A program made the translations under genes and the position numbers. 64,000 nucleotides of DNA from assembly GCA_951406725.2 (NCBI GenBank), contig OX597823.1:35960001-36024000 (forward strand). The letters run 5' to 3'. Of the stretch, positions 14,100-27,309 are shown piece after piece. The notes under the pieces were generated by a model. That model had not been told where the DNA came from. It ran no database searches and worked only from the letters and a program-made list of their open reading frames with translations. This stretch comes from Octopus vulgaris. Taxonomy: Eukaryota. Numbering within the stretch: position 1 is the first letter of the stretch; the number at the start of each line of letters is the position of its first letter.

Positions 14100-16000
14100 T
14101 TGAACTCTTAAATATATTAATTTGTCACTGTTGGAGAACTGAGATAGTGCCTCAAGACTAGATTGATGCCATTTTAGCCTCCTTGTATAAATCGGGGCCA
14201 AAGTAATTTTCGTGGGATTTCGCTTTTGTCTGTGTTTGGAAAGGTACTTGCCTACATTTTGTTAGAACGTTTAAATACCTTCATAGTTCCAAATATAGTG
14301 TCTGAGTCTCAGTGTGGTTTTCGTTCCTCCAGGGGCACAACTGATTGTATAACAAGAAAAGTGCATTGAACAGAATCTTGCTCTATACCATTGCTTTGTT
14401 GATTTGAGCAAAGCATTCGATACCGTTAATCGAAATGCTCTGTGGCTAATTCTAAGGAAAATAGGCTGTCCAGAAAACTTTGTAAACCTGATCAGGGCTT
14501 TGCATCAAAATATGAAAGCCAGAGTTAACTTTGGTGGGAGGCTCTCTGAATATTTTGCCGTGGAAAATAGAGTAAAGCAAGGAGACCTTGATGCACCCAC
14601 TCCCTTTGCAATATACTTTGCAGTTGTGTTGTTGCATGCTTTTCAAAACTCTGAGGAGGGTATTTACATAAAATATCGAACAACAGGGAATGTTTTTAAT
14701 CTGACCAGACTGTAATTCAAAACGATGGTTTTTACTTCACTCATTAGGGAACTTTTATATGCTGACGATTGCGATATTATCAATCATTCTGAAACAGGTC
14801 TTCAATCTCTTGTGTCTGCATTTGACTTAGCTTGTGATGATTTTGGCTTGACCATCGACTTAAAAAAAAAACAGTTGTAATGCATCAACCTGCGTGTGGT
14901 GTTGTTTGTAACCCCACTAAAATTTTTGTTATGGGTAAGTTACTTGAGGTTGTCGATTCGTTCATCTACTTTGGAAGCTCTGTACAAAATGATGGAAAAC
15001 TTGATACAGAAATACATCTGCGAATTCAAAGGGCAGCAAAAGCATTTGGTGGCTTGGAGTCACGCATTTGGTGCCAGCAACATATAAATAAGAATACAAA
15101 GCTGGCTCTTTACAAATCATTTGTCTTACGTTCCCTGTTGTATTCTTGTGAAACATGGACTTATGAAAGGCATTTTAAATTGTTAGAACAATTCCACCAA
15201 AATTGTCTTCATCGCATTTTAAACATAAAATGGAGTTCTTTTACTCCAAACACAGATGTCCATGCATCTGATGCCTGCAGATCACATCAATTAAAGCTAT
15301 GATTTTGAGAAACCAAATGAGATAGTGTGGCCATATTGCTCGAATGGTGGATGAACGCATGCCGAAACAGCTGTTTTATGATGAGCATGTAGAGGGGAAG
15401 CACTACTGGCCCAAACCTTAAAAAAATGGTTTAAGGACGGCATAAGGACTACTATGAAATCACTTGGAACGGATCCAGAAGACATAGAAACCCTTGCTTC
15501 GGATAGAGCTGGATGGCGAACAAAAGTGTGGAATGGAATGAAAGCGTTTGAAGAGGCCAGGATAACGCATGTAAGACTCAAATGAGATTTAAGGAAGAAT
15601 GTTACGATCGAGAAGGCGAATGACAATGTCCTTTTTGTGCGCACAGTTTGTGACAGACCGTGCCTTTCCTTTGCTGGGCTCAAATCTCATTTGCGAACCC
15701 ATGGAAAACAAACCTTCACCAACTATTCTGCCTATATGTCTGTGCACACTTTTGAATGCAGTGTATGCCAGAAGGCTTGCAAATCTAACGGAGTCCTCAA
15801 AGGACATTTTAAGATCCACAAAGATCGGAACTTATCTGCAGCTCTTGGTGGACCAAATCGGATGTGCAATGTATTTGGATGTCTGTTCAGAACATTGTCT
15901 GGTTTTAAAAAAACCATATCAGATGCAATGATCGTTCTAAAGAGTAGGTACAGGTGGTCACACTCTGCATAAGGAGTAGACAACCACTATATATGTATGT
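14100..16000 (+). mobile_element. 5'-truncated RTE-clade LINE with C-terminal C2H2 fingers
   Basis: NFRGISLLSVFGKV, FVDLSKAFDTVNR, VKQG, ELLYADDC, LLYSCETWT, then three CxxC...H repeats and a (TATG) tail. Confidence 0.9.
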
Positions 16001-16696
16001 ATTGTTACGAGTGTGTTTTCGTTTGGGCATGTAGATTTGATCCTGGATCTATGGAAATCCCCTTTAAGTTACAACGGCATTTTTTCACAGAGCGACACTG
16101 ACTGACACTAGTTACATTGAACACATGGCCTTGCCAAGTCGATTTATGTCTTTTCTACTTAACTCTTTTGACCTCCTCTATGCCACCAAAAGCTGGAAAT
16201 AGATAAGAAACACCTGTAGCAGTTTCTCTCATTGTTCTCGGAGATATGACTCTCTTTCTCGCTGTTCTGCGATAATTGTAAATACTAAATCCCGCAAGGA
16301 CAAGTTGTTTGGTGAAAGGAGTTGGTTAAAGAAGACGACTATATTACAGCTTTCGCTGGCTCACATTTCAATGGCAAATGTCATTTTATCTTTCTCCGGG
16401 TAGGAGGGAGGAAGAGGAAAGGAGGGGAGGGAAAGGAGAGGAGGAGGAGGAGGAGGAGGAGGAGGTAGAGAGGAGGAGGAGGCGGTAGTGATCTTGTTAG
16501 AGATGGCAGTGATGATGCTACTAGTGGTGATGCTGGTGGTGATGGTGATGATAATGCTGATAATGCTAATCAATTAGCTCTCTCCCCTTAAATTGAAGGA
16601 CATGATTATTATTTTGATGAAGCATAAATGAAATTTATATATTATAAAGAATGTCATGAAAAGAATCGGTCTTATAACTTATAGTTCTGTGGGGAG

Positions 16697-19440
16697 TTGC
16701 TAAATTCAGATACATTACTTGGCACCCAGGAACATTTGTCAGTAACATTTAGTACCAGTGGTGCCCAGAAATATTTTTTAGTAACTCCAACTACCAGGAG
16801 TACTCAAGAACCTTCGTCAGTAACTCCAACTATCAGTGGCATCCAGGAACATTTGTCAGTAACTCCAAGGACTGATTTCATTGTCAAGACTGATGTAGGT
16901 TTATGGACCACATTGAGCAATGAAGAAATTCCATACCGGATTGAGAAAGGCCTTTTGGAATGTCAGCACTGGGGTGGACCTTTTACAAAAGCAAACCTAC
17001 AAAAACCAAACTCGTTCATGCTCAAGAAGTTTATTCTTCTCCACTAAAATAAATAGAGAAACCTACCTTTGGGAATGGCTAGTATATTACCCAACAAAAG
17101 GGAAAGTCTACTGTTTTGTGTGCAAATTTTTCTCAAAATTCTCTGAGAACGTTTCTTCAACCACAACTCTAGCTTCTTCAGGATTTGATAACTGGTCATA
17201 GCCTCAAATTAAGACCCATGAAAATTCAAAACGTCATATGGCCTACTTAACAAGAAAACGTGGTCAGACGCTTACAACAAAGCTTGATGAGCAAATCAAA
17301 GTAGAACATGACTACTGGAAGCGTGCACTTCAGCAGGTGATGGTAGTGATTCACTTGTTGACAGAACGTGGATTGTCTTTTAGAAATGATGCTCACCAAA
17401 CAACGGAAACTTTCTCAGTTTGCTGGAATTGATTGCCAAATTTGATCCCTTCTTATGTACCCACATAAATCAGTATGGAAATGAAGGCCATCCATCATAC
17501 CTATTCAAAACCATATGTGAAGAAGTTATCAAGCTAATGGCTAAAATAGTTCTTGAAGAAATAGTGAAAGAAATCAAAGAAGCAGACTTTTTTAGTGTAT
17601 CGGTCGATTCAACGCTTGATGTTTCCAATGTTGATCAACTCACTGTAATTGTTAGACATGTTTCTTCCCTTGATGGAATACCAGTTGAACGGTTTTTGAC
17701 ATTTATTGAACTGAAGAATCACACAGGTGAAAAAATGGTTGAATTGATACTGAACTTCTTTGAAGAACTTGAAATTGATTTCAGAAACTGCAGGGGTCAA
17801 TCATATGACAATGCAGCTAATATAGCTGGAAAGGATAATATAATGGAGTTCAACAGAAAATTCTGGAAAAGAATAAGTTAGCAAAATTTATTCCCTGAGC
17901 TGAACATTACCTAAATCTGGTTGGAGAGCTGCAGTTGACTCTTACCCTGATACAGTGAATTTCTTTGGCGTTGCCAATGAACTTAAATTGCTTTTTCTCA
18001 GCATCTACAAGACTGTGGGCAATGCTGAAAAACTTCTTTCTACCAGTGTCAAAAGCTCCGCAACAGTTATCTAGCACAAGATGGGAGACCCATGCGAAGA
18101 GCTACGACAGTATCAGTGCAAGTTACGCACACATTGTTGAAGCTCTCAGTCACGTCCATGATAACGACACTGAAAATAGTGACACTAGACGACAAGCTCA
18201 AAATCTTTTGCAGAAAAATGGAAGAATTTTAATTTGTGCCCATGCTTCATCTATGGACACATTGGCTTGAGTAGTTACACAAAGTAATGCCCTTCAAAGT
18301 ACACAGATTTCATTGACCACGTGTGCAAACCAATACGGTTCACATCTGCAATTTGTTTCCAGCATACGGGGAAACTTTGATGAGATTGAGGAGCAAGCAA
18401 AAACTATTCTACCTGGCGTAGAGTACAGAAGTCTCTAAAGAAGGCATAGAAAACGAAAACACAGTGATGGCAGTGCAACTAAAGCTTTGGATAAAATTCT
18501 TCAACGAGATAATTTTAGGATACATTCATTTATTCATATAACTGATGCTCTTCACTCAAATTTAGACAGAAGAGCTATTGTGTATTTGAGTACTGCTGGC
18601 AATTTTTCGCTTTTTAATTGATCTTCAAGTGACGAGGGAGCAAATTCTCCATTATGTCAAGAAACTATAACAAGAATACCCAAAGAATGTTGATCTCAGT
18701 CTTGTTGATGAATTCTTGGCTTTCCACTTGTGTGTCAAACAGGCTCATGCAGAAAAAAAAGTTTCCGCCACCAAGACGTTTACAAAATAATAAAACAGGA
18801 GAAAATTCAGAAACTTTCCCAAATGTGGAAACAATTTTCAGATTGTTCCCGTGTTTGATGGTCACTAACTGTTCTGGAGAGAGATCATTTTCTAGACTGA
18901 AAAGGATCAAAAGTGACCTTCGTTCAACAATGTCACAAGAGAGGCTGTCTGGTCTGAGTATTCTCTGTATAGAGAATGATAAACTGCGACTTATTGATTT
19001 TGAGGAAATCATTGATGAGTTTGCAGTCAGGAAATCTCGAAGGATGTTCTGACATTAAATAGCCTGCTGTAAATATATAATGACCGTCCTGTCTGTTCAA
19101 TTTTTATCAACTTTGACTACTTCATCATGTGACCTGTGTAAGTCAGTGTTAGGCGGGCTAGGGCTTTGGTTAATAGTTTCAAGTTTATTGCAGTGTTCAT
19201 CTCTGACCTATAGTCTTGACAGTCTAAACCTGAATTTATCATAAATCCCCCCAAAAACATTCTCTGAGCCCTGATAGTTCAAAAATTTAACTGATTTGTT
19301 TTAAAAAATAATGATTAATCTGGTAACAGGTAATATTTTAACTGCCCCTAAATTTCCTGAGCATGTCTGCCTGACTGACCAAGTAAAGGGCTTCATAACT
19401 TAACTAGCATAGGGCCTCATTTCTTCTAAATCCAGCACCG
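16697..19440 (+). mobile_element. hAT DNA transposon (Tip100/ZMYM1-like), degraded; 3' TIR present
   Basis: WLVYYPTKGKVYCFVC, FSVSVDSTLDVSNVDQL, CRGQSYDNAAN, LSSTRW, and the hATC dimerisation motif VTNCSGERSFSRLKRIKSDLRSTMSQERLSGLSIL. Terminus TAAATCCAGCACCG at 19427-19440. Confidence 0.9.
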
Positions 19441-19725
19441 AATGCACTGGTGTGTATTCCTGTAAATTGGAATAGAAGCTTTTAGAGAGAAAGACTGAAG
19501 AGATTACGAGTAGAATTATGCGACTAAATAATCTGTGGAACTCATTTGAAATGTAACAGAATCTATCGACCAGAGTTTTGGTTTGTTTGTTTTTTTGTTG
19601 TTTTTTTTTGTCGTTGTTGTTGTTTATTTTGTTTTGTTTTGTTTTTTGGCGAGTTGGGTTTCTTTCTGATGGATAAAGACAAATTATATTATGTTTTAGC
19701 TGGAGATTTTTAACCGATTTTCATT

Positions 19726-19916
19726 ATGGTCCGAAAAATTTGCGTATTAGGAGCTGGAGTTATTGGTCTCTACTCAGCTGTACGAATTCTTGAAGACTTA
19801 CAAAATGTTGATGTTACAATTATTGCTGAAAAATTTACTCCGAACAACACAACCGACGTGGCTGCTGGCTTCTGGAGACCCTATAAAATGGGCTCCACAA
19901 ACCCGTCCCTAATCAG
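19726..19916 (+). CDS. DAO: D-amino-acid oxidase / D-aspartate oxidase family, coding exon 1
   Basis: Encodes [18 protein letters not shown]...[12 protein letters not shown], i.e. the GxGxxG FAD-binding motif plus the DVAAG motif. Donor AG|GTAAGT at 19917 (phase 2). An upstream acceptor-like TTTTAG at 19694-19699 suggests a non-coding exon further 5'. Confidence 0.93.
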
Positions 19917-20360
19917 GTAAGTTGAAACGATTTCTCTATTTTTTTCTTTTTGCCTGTGTAAATGTAATTTAGTTTAAAGGATGAATGCTGCATATTTGAA
20001 GAATATATGGCCGAATTGAAAACCTAAAATAGCAGGTGAATGTGGAAATCTTCTGAGTCATGACCTGTTATAGGCAGCTTCTTTATATTTTATCAAGACA
20101 ATTAATACTACTAGCTTCTGATCACCTCGCTAAATTGTAGTTGGTATTTCTATGTAAAAACTGGTACCATTCGTTTAAATAAAAGTAGAGAAACTAGTTA
20201 GATTGGCTGTTACTACCGGAATATTGTTTGTTTGTTTAAAAGTTACTACCGGTAGGACTAGACTTTGTGCGAGTAAAATCTGTCCCTCCTCATCAGCGTA
20301 ATGTTAGAGACACTAGAGTGGTTCGAAGAAGGGACCACTTTCTGTTCAAGTCATGTACAA

Positions 20361-20731
20361 CATGAGGAGAAATAAGCAAATTTTATGTTAGTTCAAATAT
20401 GTTTGTGACATATTTTAACTTCTAAAGGCAGTTTCACTACAGCTTAACATACAGAAAATATTCTTGCATATGGTAAAAGATGTAAAAACGCCTTATCTGT
20501 TTATTTCTCATCACTGCTTAGAGCTGCTACTACAATATGAGGAAGGCTAAGGAGCCAGAAATGCGTCTATCAGTCCGATAGAGTGTGACATTGAACAGAT
20601 AAGGTGTCTTTACATCTTTTACCATAGGTGATAATTTTCTTTCACTCCACGATAACAGCAGAGAAATTACCTTAGAAGTTAAAATATGTCACATATTTAA
20701 ACTAACAAAAAGTTTGTTTATTTCTTATCAT
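20361..20731. repeat. Diverged inverted repeat (~150-bp arms) with a degenerate hammerhead-like motif in the spacer
   Basis: Arms share GTGACATATTTTAACTTCTAA / TTAGAAGTTAAAATATGTCAC and TATGGTAAAAGATGTAAA / TTTACATCTTTTACCATA. Spacer 20537-20567 reads aUGAGGA-AGGC-UAAGGA-GCCA-GAAAU-GC-GUC. Confidence 0.75.
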
Positions 20732-21196
20732 AGACATTTTAACTATGAAATGCAATGCTTTATTTCGTCTACTTAATTACTAAGAAGGCCAATCGGAAGG
20801 ATTCTTGGATTATTCAGATCAAGCGAAGAAGAAACCCTACTGTTTCTGTACATAACGTCTGTTCTCATCTGTCTGAACATTCACTCTCAGTTATGGTCGC
20901 CATATTAAATCAATGGAAGAATAAAGACAATACAATGGTTAACTCAAAGAAAACAGCCTCAATGCAACAGCTGCGCTGCTGAGAGAGAAGTAGATGAAGC
21001 TAAGATTCTACTCGTCGGAGCAAAAAAAATCGATTAAAATAAATATGATTCTTAGTTGATTTCAACTCAGGTGAAAAGAAAAATAATTTTAAATTGGCAT
21101 ACAGATTAATGGATTTGCAAATGACTATATATGTATATATGTTACTATATATAAGAGTGTATACATATATTTACATATGTGTGTTGGGGTGTGTGC

Positions 21197-21285
<89 letters not shown>

Positions 21286-21308
21286 CATTTATTTATTTAT
21301 TTATTTAT

Positions 21309-21342
<34 letters not shown>

Positions 21343-21370
21343 AAACAAGCAACAAGGATATCCAGAGGTA

Positions 21371-21459
21371 ATGCAGTACGATCGTTTCATGCAACTCCAT
21401 TTAATTGAACAATGCAATCATTACATCAATTTAAAATGTGGAGCAATTTTCAGCTGCAC
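21371..21459 (-). ncRNA. Type I hammerhead-like motif, long stem II (family B), core G8 mutated
   Basis: Minus strand: GUGCAG-CUGAAAA-UUGCUCC...GGAGUUGCAU-GAAAC-GAUC-GUA-CUGCAU. Homologous to 59494-59582. Confidence 0.6.
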
Positions 21460-21548
21460 GAAGACATAGAATTTAATTAAGTTAGAACAGATAGACACAT
21501 TAGTATAATTATACCTAAAATCTCCACATTAGTATAATTACACCTAAA

Positions 21549-21631
21549 AAGTTAAGAAGATAGACAAAGAACATGTTGTCTCTACTTCTATGCTGAAGTA
21601 GAGACATGTTCTTTGTCTATCTCCTTAACTT
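21549..21631. repeat. Fold-back hairpin
   Basis: AAGTTAAG..GATAGACAAAGAACATGT..TCTCTACTTC / GAAGTAGAGACATGTTCTTTGTCTATC..CTTAACTT. Confidence 0.8.
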
Positions 21632-22392
21632 CTTGGAAATGTTAGGCGACGAAAATATTTTGACAAATTAAATTTAAATGTTGAAGTGAATCTAACGGTT
21701 TTTGTGTGTTTCTTAAAAGGCTTATAAACACCTCCCACGCTGCAATTCTTATATGTATACATATATATATAATAGATCGTGAGGAGGAGAAGAAGGCGAC
21801 GTTTAGAGATCATTGCAGAGAGAAAAGGAAGGTAAAAGGTTGTTTTGGTAGGATAACTGACCTTAGTTTTGTTGTAAGTGGCTACTGTTTAAGTTTTTAG
21901 TATTGGAAATTATTGATCGGGGTTTTGTTATTGTTTGAGATTATTTGTGCTTGCTTGTTTGTAAACGCAGGTTAGATTTGTATACAAGCACGGATCAAAA
22001 GAGATCAAAGATAATGGTTCGTACTAAATTTAGCGGTCAAACATACCTTTGATTATAAGGTCTGTTATTTAGGTTTAGCTCTGTATATATGTAAATATTG
22101 GTACATTAAAGTTTAATTATATATATATATGCGCGTATATATGCAGATGGGGAGACGTATACATACTTATTTGTGAAGTTGTATGAAAAATTTACCTATG
22201 CCACAAACAGTCACGTACTGGAAGCCAATGAAAACGAATAATCCTCAAAAGGTAAAGAAGTATGTTACTGGTTGGAGCATAGGTAAATTTTTCAAACAAC
22301 TTCACAAGTTAATATGCAAGTATGCTCACGTCTCTCCATCTGCATGTACATATACATACAAACACGTGCGTGCACACACACACACACACATA

Positions 22393-22456
<64 letters not shown>

Positions 22457-22457
22457 A

Positions 22458-22501
<44 letters not shown>

Positions 22502-22789
22502 TAAAAGCTAATTACCAACATAACATGGCTGTCCATGAAGGGACGGTGTTCCTGTTCATTAGCCCCAAGAAACATCGTTTCAAGCAGGCTATACGACACA
22601 CTGTATCCTTATATTTTCGAACAGGGAATTCAGCATCCTCACCTAGCACAAAACATCTGTGGCCTAGTCTTAGAGCTATTGTCTTTCACCAACACAGAGT
22701 AGGTGCTTGGCCAGGTGGCGCTGCTGAATTCAAGGTTCGAATATATAGATTTCAAAGTGACACACAGCCACTGATCTATAAATAGAAAT

Positions 22790-22976
22790 ACTATTATTTC
22801 TAAATCTCTCAGTAACAGTTCTTTAAAGTAAAAGCTTAGATTTAGAAACGATGTTTCCTGTGGTTAAAGAACAATAACAACGCCGCTTCCAGACAGCCAT
22901 ATTATGTTGGCAATTAGCTTTTACTTTAAAGAATTGTTGCTGATTGTCTCCCTCTGAGAAATTTAGAAATAATAGT
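22790..22976. repeat. Inverted repeat
   Basis: ACTATTATTTCTAAAT...TTCTTTAAAGTAAAAGCT / AGCTTTTACTTTAAAGAA...ATTTAGAAATAATAGT. Confidence 0.75.
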
Positions 22977-23097
22977 GTGTGTGTGTGTGTGTGTACATAG
23001 TGACCATCTTATATTTTTTGTAAAATATTATAATATGTTATAAAATATTATAATAATCCAGGTTTTCGCACTAGGCCATGTTAATAGATATACTATT

Positions 23098-23222
<125 letters not shown>

Positions 23223-23231
23223 ATGTATGTA

Positions 23232-23273
<42 letters not shown>

Positions 23274-23274
23274 C

Positions 23275-24272
23275 GGAATGATCTTTGTGGTTACCGTCAC
23301 TGCATGTCGAAATCTTAAAAAAATTTTCTAATGTATCATATAAATGTTGTTTTTGATGCTGAATCCGAATTTGCTATTCATTTATTCCAGGAGAAATTAG
23401 CGAAAATGTTACAGGTGTTCAAAGTTTGATGATTTTCAGAATTTTCAGCCAATCAGAAAACAGCGCGTTCACTGCCTCTTCCATCGTCTGTCGCAATAGC
23501 GAGAAAGTCGGGTGGGGAGGCACCGCCATGTTAAAACATTAAACTAGCTGCAGTAAACAGTGAAAATCATTAAAAGATTCACGAGAAAATTAAATTTTTA
23601 AAAGCTACGAGCAAACCAACAGGAGTTGCTAGAAACAGACATTTATTATATATAAAAATTCAAGAACGGAAGTTTGGAATACACTCTAGGATTTTAAAAA
23701 ATAAATTATCTTTCTCATATCTCCTTCACATAATTTCACAAAGATAAAAGTAACCATGGAATAATATATCCCACACTGGCGTTTGTTTCCGCGCTTTAAA
23801 GATGCCCAGGTACTCTCAATTTGTTGAGTGTGAGTCCCATCTTTTAACTTTATAAGTTCAATGTTATGGTTCACAGTTTTATATGTGAAATCATAGCCCA
23901 CAATTTCTGGTATATGATTATAAGCTCGCCACAGGTCACTGAAAATAGTGGTTCCTGGAAGAACTAAGTGTCGTATGCTGTCCTTGTTTACACTCCTTGT
24001 GCGCATGCACAGCATCTTTGGTTACTCTGGAATCAGCTATAGAACGTGTGGTGCTTCTTTGCTTACTATGCTAACAGAACTTCACGGTGATGTGTAAAAT
24101 ACTCGCTTCTGATTCGCTAAAATACCCAAATTTTGAAAATTTTAAAGGTTAACTTTTTAATTATAAATTTACATGGAAAATGATTATCATTTTCCTAATT
24201 AGTATCCAAAATTTATTCCATATGCCAAATTTGAAAACAAATGGAACAAAATTGTAGACAAAGAACCTATCC
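23275..24272 (-). mobile_element. Merlin (ISXO2/IS1595-like DDE) transposon remnant
   Basis: ORF 23686-24015 has LPGTTIFSDLWRAY...TVNH...GTHTQQIESTWASLK, the ISXO2-like catalytic motifs. Imperfect GG-starting inverted ends (GGAATGATCTTTGT / ACAAAGAACCTATCC). No clear TSD, so the boundaries are tentative. Confidence 0.75.
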
Positions 24273-24386
24273 AAATACTAACAGATATACGAGTGCATCT
24301 TTTTCCTTATGGTCTCTTAGACTACTCACGCATATATATATATGTATGTATGTATGTATGTATGCATATATATGTATGTATGTATG

Positions 24387-24420
<34 letters not shown>

Positions 24421-25025
24421 TGTACGTATGTATGTATGTATGTATGTATGTATGTATGTATGTATGTATGTTTGTATGTATGTATGTATGTATACATATA
24501 TGTGAGTGTGTGTACAAGACGATACGGATTCCCTTCAGTACATTTCGTTAAATGTTAAATTAATAAAACCTAATCATTCCCAACATTTTTGATTATCTCC
24601 CTTATACCGAAAAAATCCCTGATTACTTACCTCCCCCTGTCTCGACTCTCCTACTTCACATCATAGGGAAGAGATGACACAATATCGGTAAAGAAATTTG
24701 AGAAATTTGAAAAGGAAATACGAAACCGGTTATTTCTCCAAAAACAATGTTACTATACACAAAATGTTCTAACATTTTTCTAACATAACGACTTAAATAT
24801 ACTCTTAAACATATACTTCTGTAGTTTTTTCACTCTATTTTGTCTTTTATACAGCCAACCACGTGCTTTCACATACTAACTCTATCACCTATATATATAT
24901 ATATATATATAAAAGACCTAAGGATTCTCCACTCTAACCGTGTTATCTACATATTCTGATCGAATCGCCCATGTGTTGACGTGTACCACCCTACGAAAAT
25001 GCAAACTTCATTTAATAAAGATCCC

Positions 25026-25112
25026 TTTAGCCTGAAGAGTAGCCTGCAGTATACATCTCGCTTGGATATCTACCACTTCCGATGTTCCACTCGCTATGAA
25101 ATATATATAGCC
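25026..25112 (+). ncRNA. Hammerhead-like motif with long stem II (family C)
   Basis: CUGAAGA (25032-38), GUAGC, ~50 nt, GCUAU, GAAAU, AUAU, AUA. The core is intact; stems I and III are weak. Confidence 0.45.
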
Positions 25113-25141
25113 CAGATATCATCTACTCCATTCCTTAATTC

Positions 25142-25246
<105 letters not shown>

Positions 25247-25253
25247 TTTGTGT

Positions 25254-25312
<59 letters not shown>

Positions 25313-25321
25313 TGGGTTATA

Positions 25322-25733
25322 CTCTTTACTCTTTTCTCTCTTTTACTTGTCTCAGTCATTTGACTGCGGCCATGCTGGAGCACCGCCTTTAGTCGAGCAA
25401 CTCGACCCCGGGACTTATTCTTTGTAAGCCCAGTACTTATTCTATCTGTCTCTTTTGCTAAGTGACGGGGACGTAAACGCACCAGCATCGGTTGTCAAGC
25501 AATGCTAGGGGGACAGACACATACACACAAACACACACACACACATATATATATAAATATACATATATACGACGGGCTTCTTTCAGTTTCCGTCTACCAA
25601 ATCCACTCACAAGGCATTGGTCGGCCCGAGGCTATAGCAGAAGACACTTGCCCAAGATGCCACGCAGTGGGACTGAACCCGCAACCATGTGGTTGGTTAG
25701 CAAGCTACTTACCACACAGCCACTCCTGCGCCT
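25322..25733 (-). mobile_element. Abundant tRNA-derived SINE with internal microsatellite (full copy)
   Basis: Head AGGCGCAGGAGTGGCTGTGTGGTAAG...GGTTCAGTCCCACTGCGTGGC. Partial copies at 30240-30375(+), 35670-35760(-), 44540-44690(+), 44695-44960(-), 45878-46038(-), 48468-48627(+), 57230-57450(-) and 60060-60125(-). Confidence 0.88.
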
Positions 25734-25924
25734 ATATGTTCATATACAAACATTTTATATCTGCATATATATATATATGTTATATATGTGTGTGTGTGTG
25801 TGTGTGTTGTATGTTTGTATGTATGCGCGCGCGTGTGCGTGTATGTATGTGAATGCGTATGTGTGTATGAGTGTATAATCATAATGTTTTGAGTCTAGTT
25901 GAGATTTTTTTTTTCTTTTATTAG

Positions 25925-26033
25925 ACGTTGGGGCGATGAAACATTCAAGTATCTACTCGACATTCATGAATCACCAATGGCATCCAAGCTTGGTATCAAC
26001 CTTGTCTCCGGTTATTGGCTTAATAGCTCAGAG
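25925..26033 (+). CDS. DAO: DAO/DDO family coding exon 2
   Basis: T-tract+TAG acceptor; (R)RWGDETFKYLLDIHESPMASKLGINLVSGYWLNSSE; GTAAAA donor; 109 nt, phase 2 to 0. Confidence 0.9.
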
Positions 26034-26125
26034 GTAAAAATACTTGTTCTCTTTGATCCATATTTCTAGAGAGGTGGTTCTATGAAAACCAGATGTAGTG
26101 AGGGAATATAGAAGAGAAAATATTC

Positions 26126-26281
26126 TTTTCTACTCTAGGCACAAGGCCTGAAATTTTTGTGGGGAGGGGTCCAGTCGATTAGATCGACCCAGTACGCAAC
26201 TGGTACTTAATTTATCGACCCCGAAAAGATGAAAGGCAAAGTCAACCCCGGCGGAATTTGAAATCAGAACGTAAAGACAGA
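26126..26281 (-). mobile_element. 5'-truncated tRNA-derived SINE, tail type 2
   Basis: Same core and same tail (CTTTTCTACTCTAGGCACAAGGCCTGAAATTT) as 1998-2196. Confidence 0.8.
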
Positions 26282-27309
26282 AGAAGTATACATTAATAAA
26301 ATTAATGGATAGCAATGAGGACCTTGAATAACGAAAGAATAATTAATGTATGTTCTGTTAGAGTGCAATGAGGGTTTCAAGTTTCCTACAAATAAATACT
26401 GTGCTGATTATATTTTCACATTGTATCCTTGCCTTAGAAAATCCAATGGTCACCACCTTAGAATGGATTTACTGTGGACAAATAGCAGCAGCACTTCACT
26501 TTCATTGAAAAAACTGAATAACAAACTGTACAGATTTTGTCTACCCACTCAGTCTCTTTGTTTCTCATTGGTGTATCTGTTTGCTATACTTAAAATAAAC
26601 CGTATAGGATTCTAAGAAATAATCAATCAGACATTTTATCAGAACGATGAAATGTCTGATTAACCAATCTGTTAACATTCGTTATTATAGAAATTTTTCG
26701 TTTCTCTCGTTTTCATTTTTAACTCCTTTTCTGTTGTTTTATATTCGGTTTTTAATTAACAAAATATTTTATTGGATGAAATTTTGAGTACCAGACTAAA
26801 ATTGAATATCCCAAAAATGTTTCGTTTAACAATAGATTTTTCTCGTACTTAATTTTTCTGGTGGTCGTGTGTGTCTCTGAGTGATGGAGGATAGGTTATT
26901 AATTTTTTTTCAATTTATTGTGAAGTGCCCAGACAATTAAGTAATCGATAAATAGTAAATAGTTCAATCATTATAAATGATCAGACAGAAACTTCGGGTA
27001 TTTCATGTGTCAGTTACGCATTAAAATGCGTAACAGTTATTTTTTTATTACATCAACTTTAAAGAGGTTTGAACTCACATTCTCTGTTTCCGTAGATGTA
27101 CAGGCCTGGTGGTTTATATCTTCCTCTCAATGGATATAACACGTCTACATTGTCTATGGTATCACATTACAAGAAACTAGTGACAAGTTACATTTGCAAT
27201 GATAGGACCAATACACTGATTTCAAAATAATGACTACCTTTCCAATGAACACAAGACGTCGTCGCACTTTTCCTGCACTAACACTCTATAGAACGCTAGA
27301 GTTAAACTA

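Noticed and set aside
18654-19052. ZMYM1-like host gene
   Set aside because: Multiple frameshifts and stops plus a TIR show it is a decayed hAT transposase.
27096-27180. Candidate DAO exon 3 after a good acceptor (MYRPGGLYLP...)
   Set aside because: No family similarity and no phase-compatible donor. The true exon is 30027-30106.
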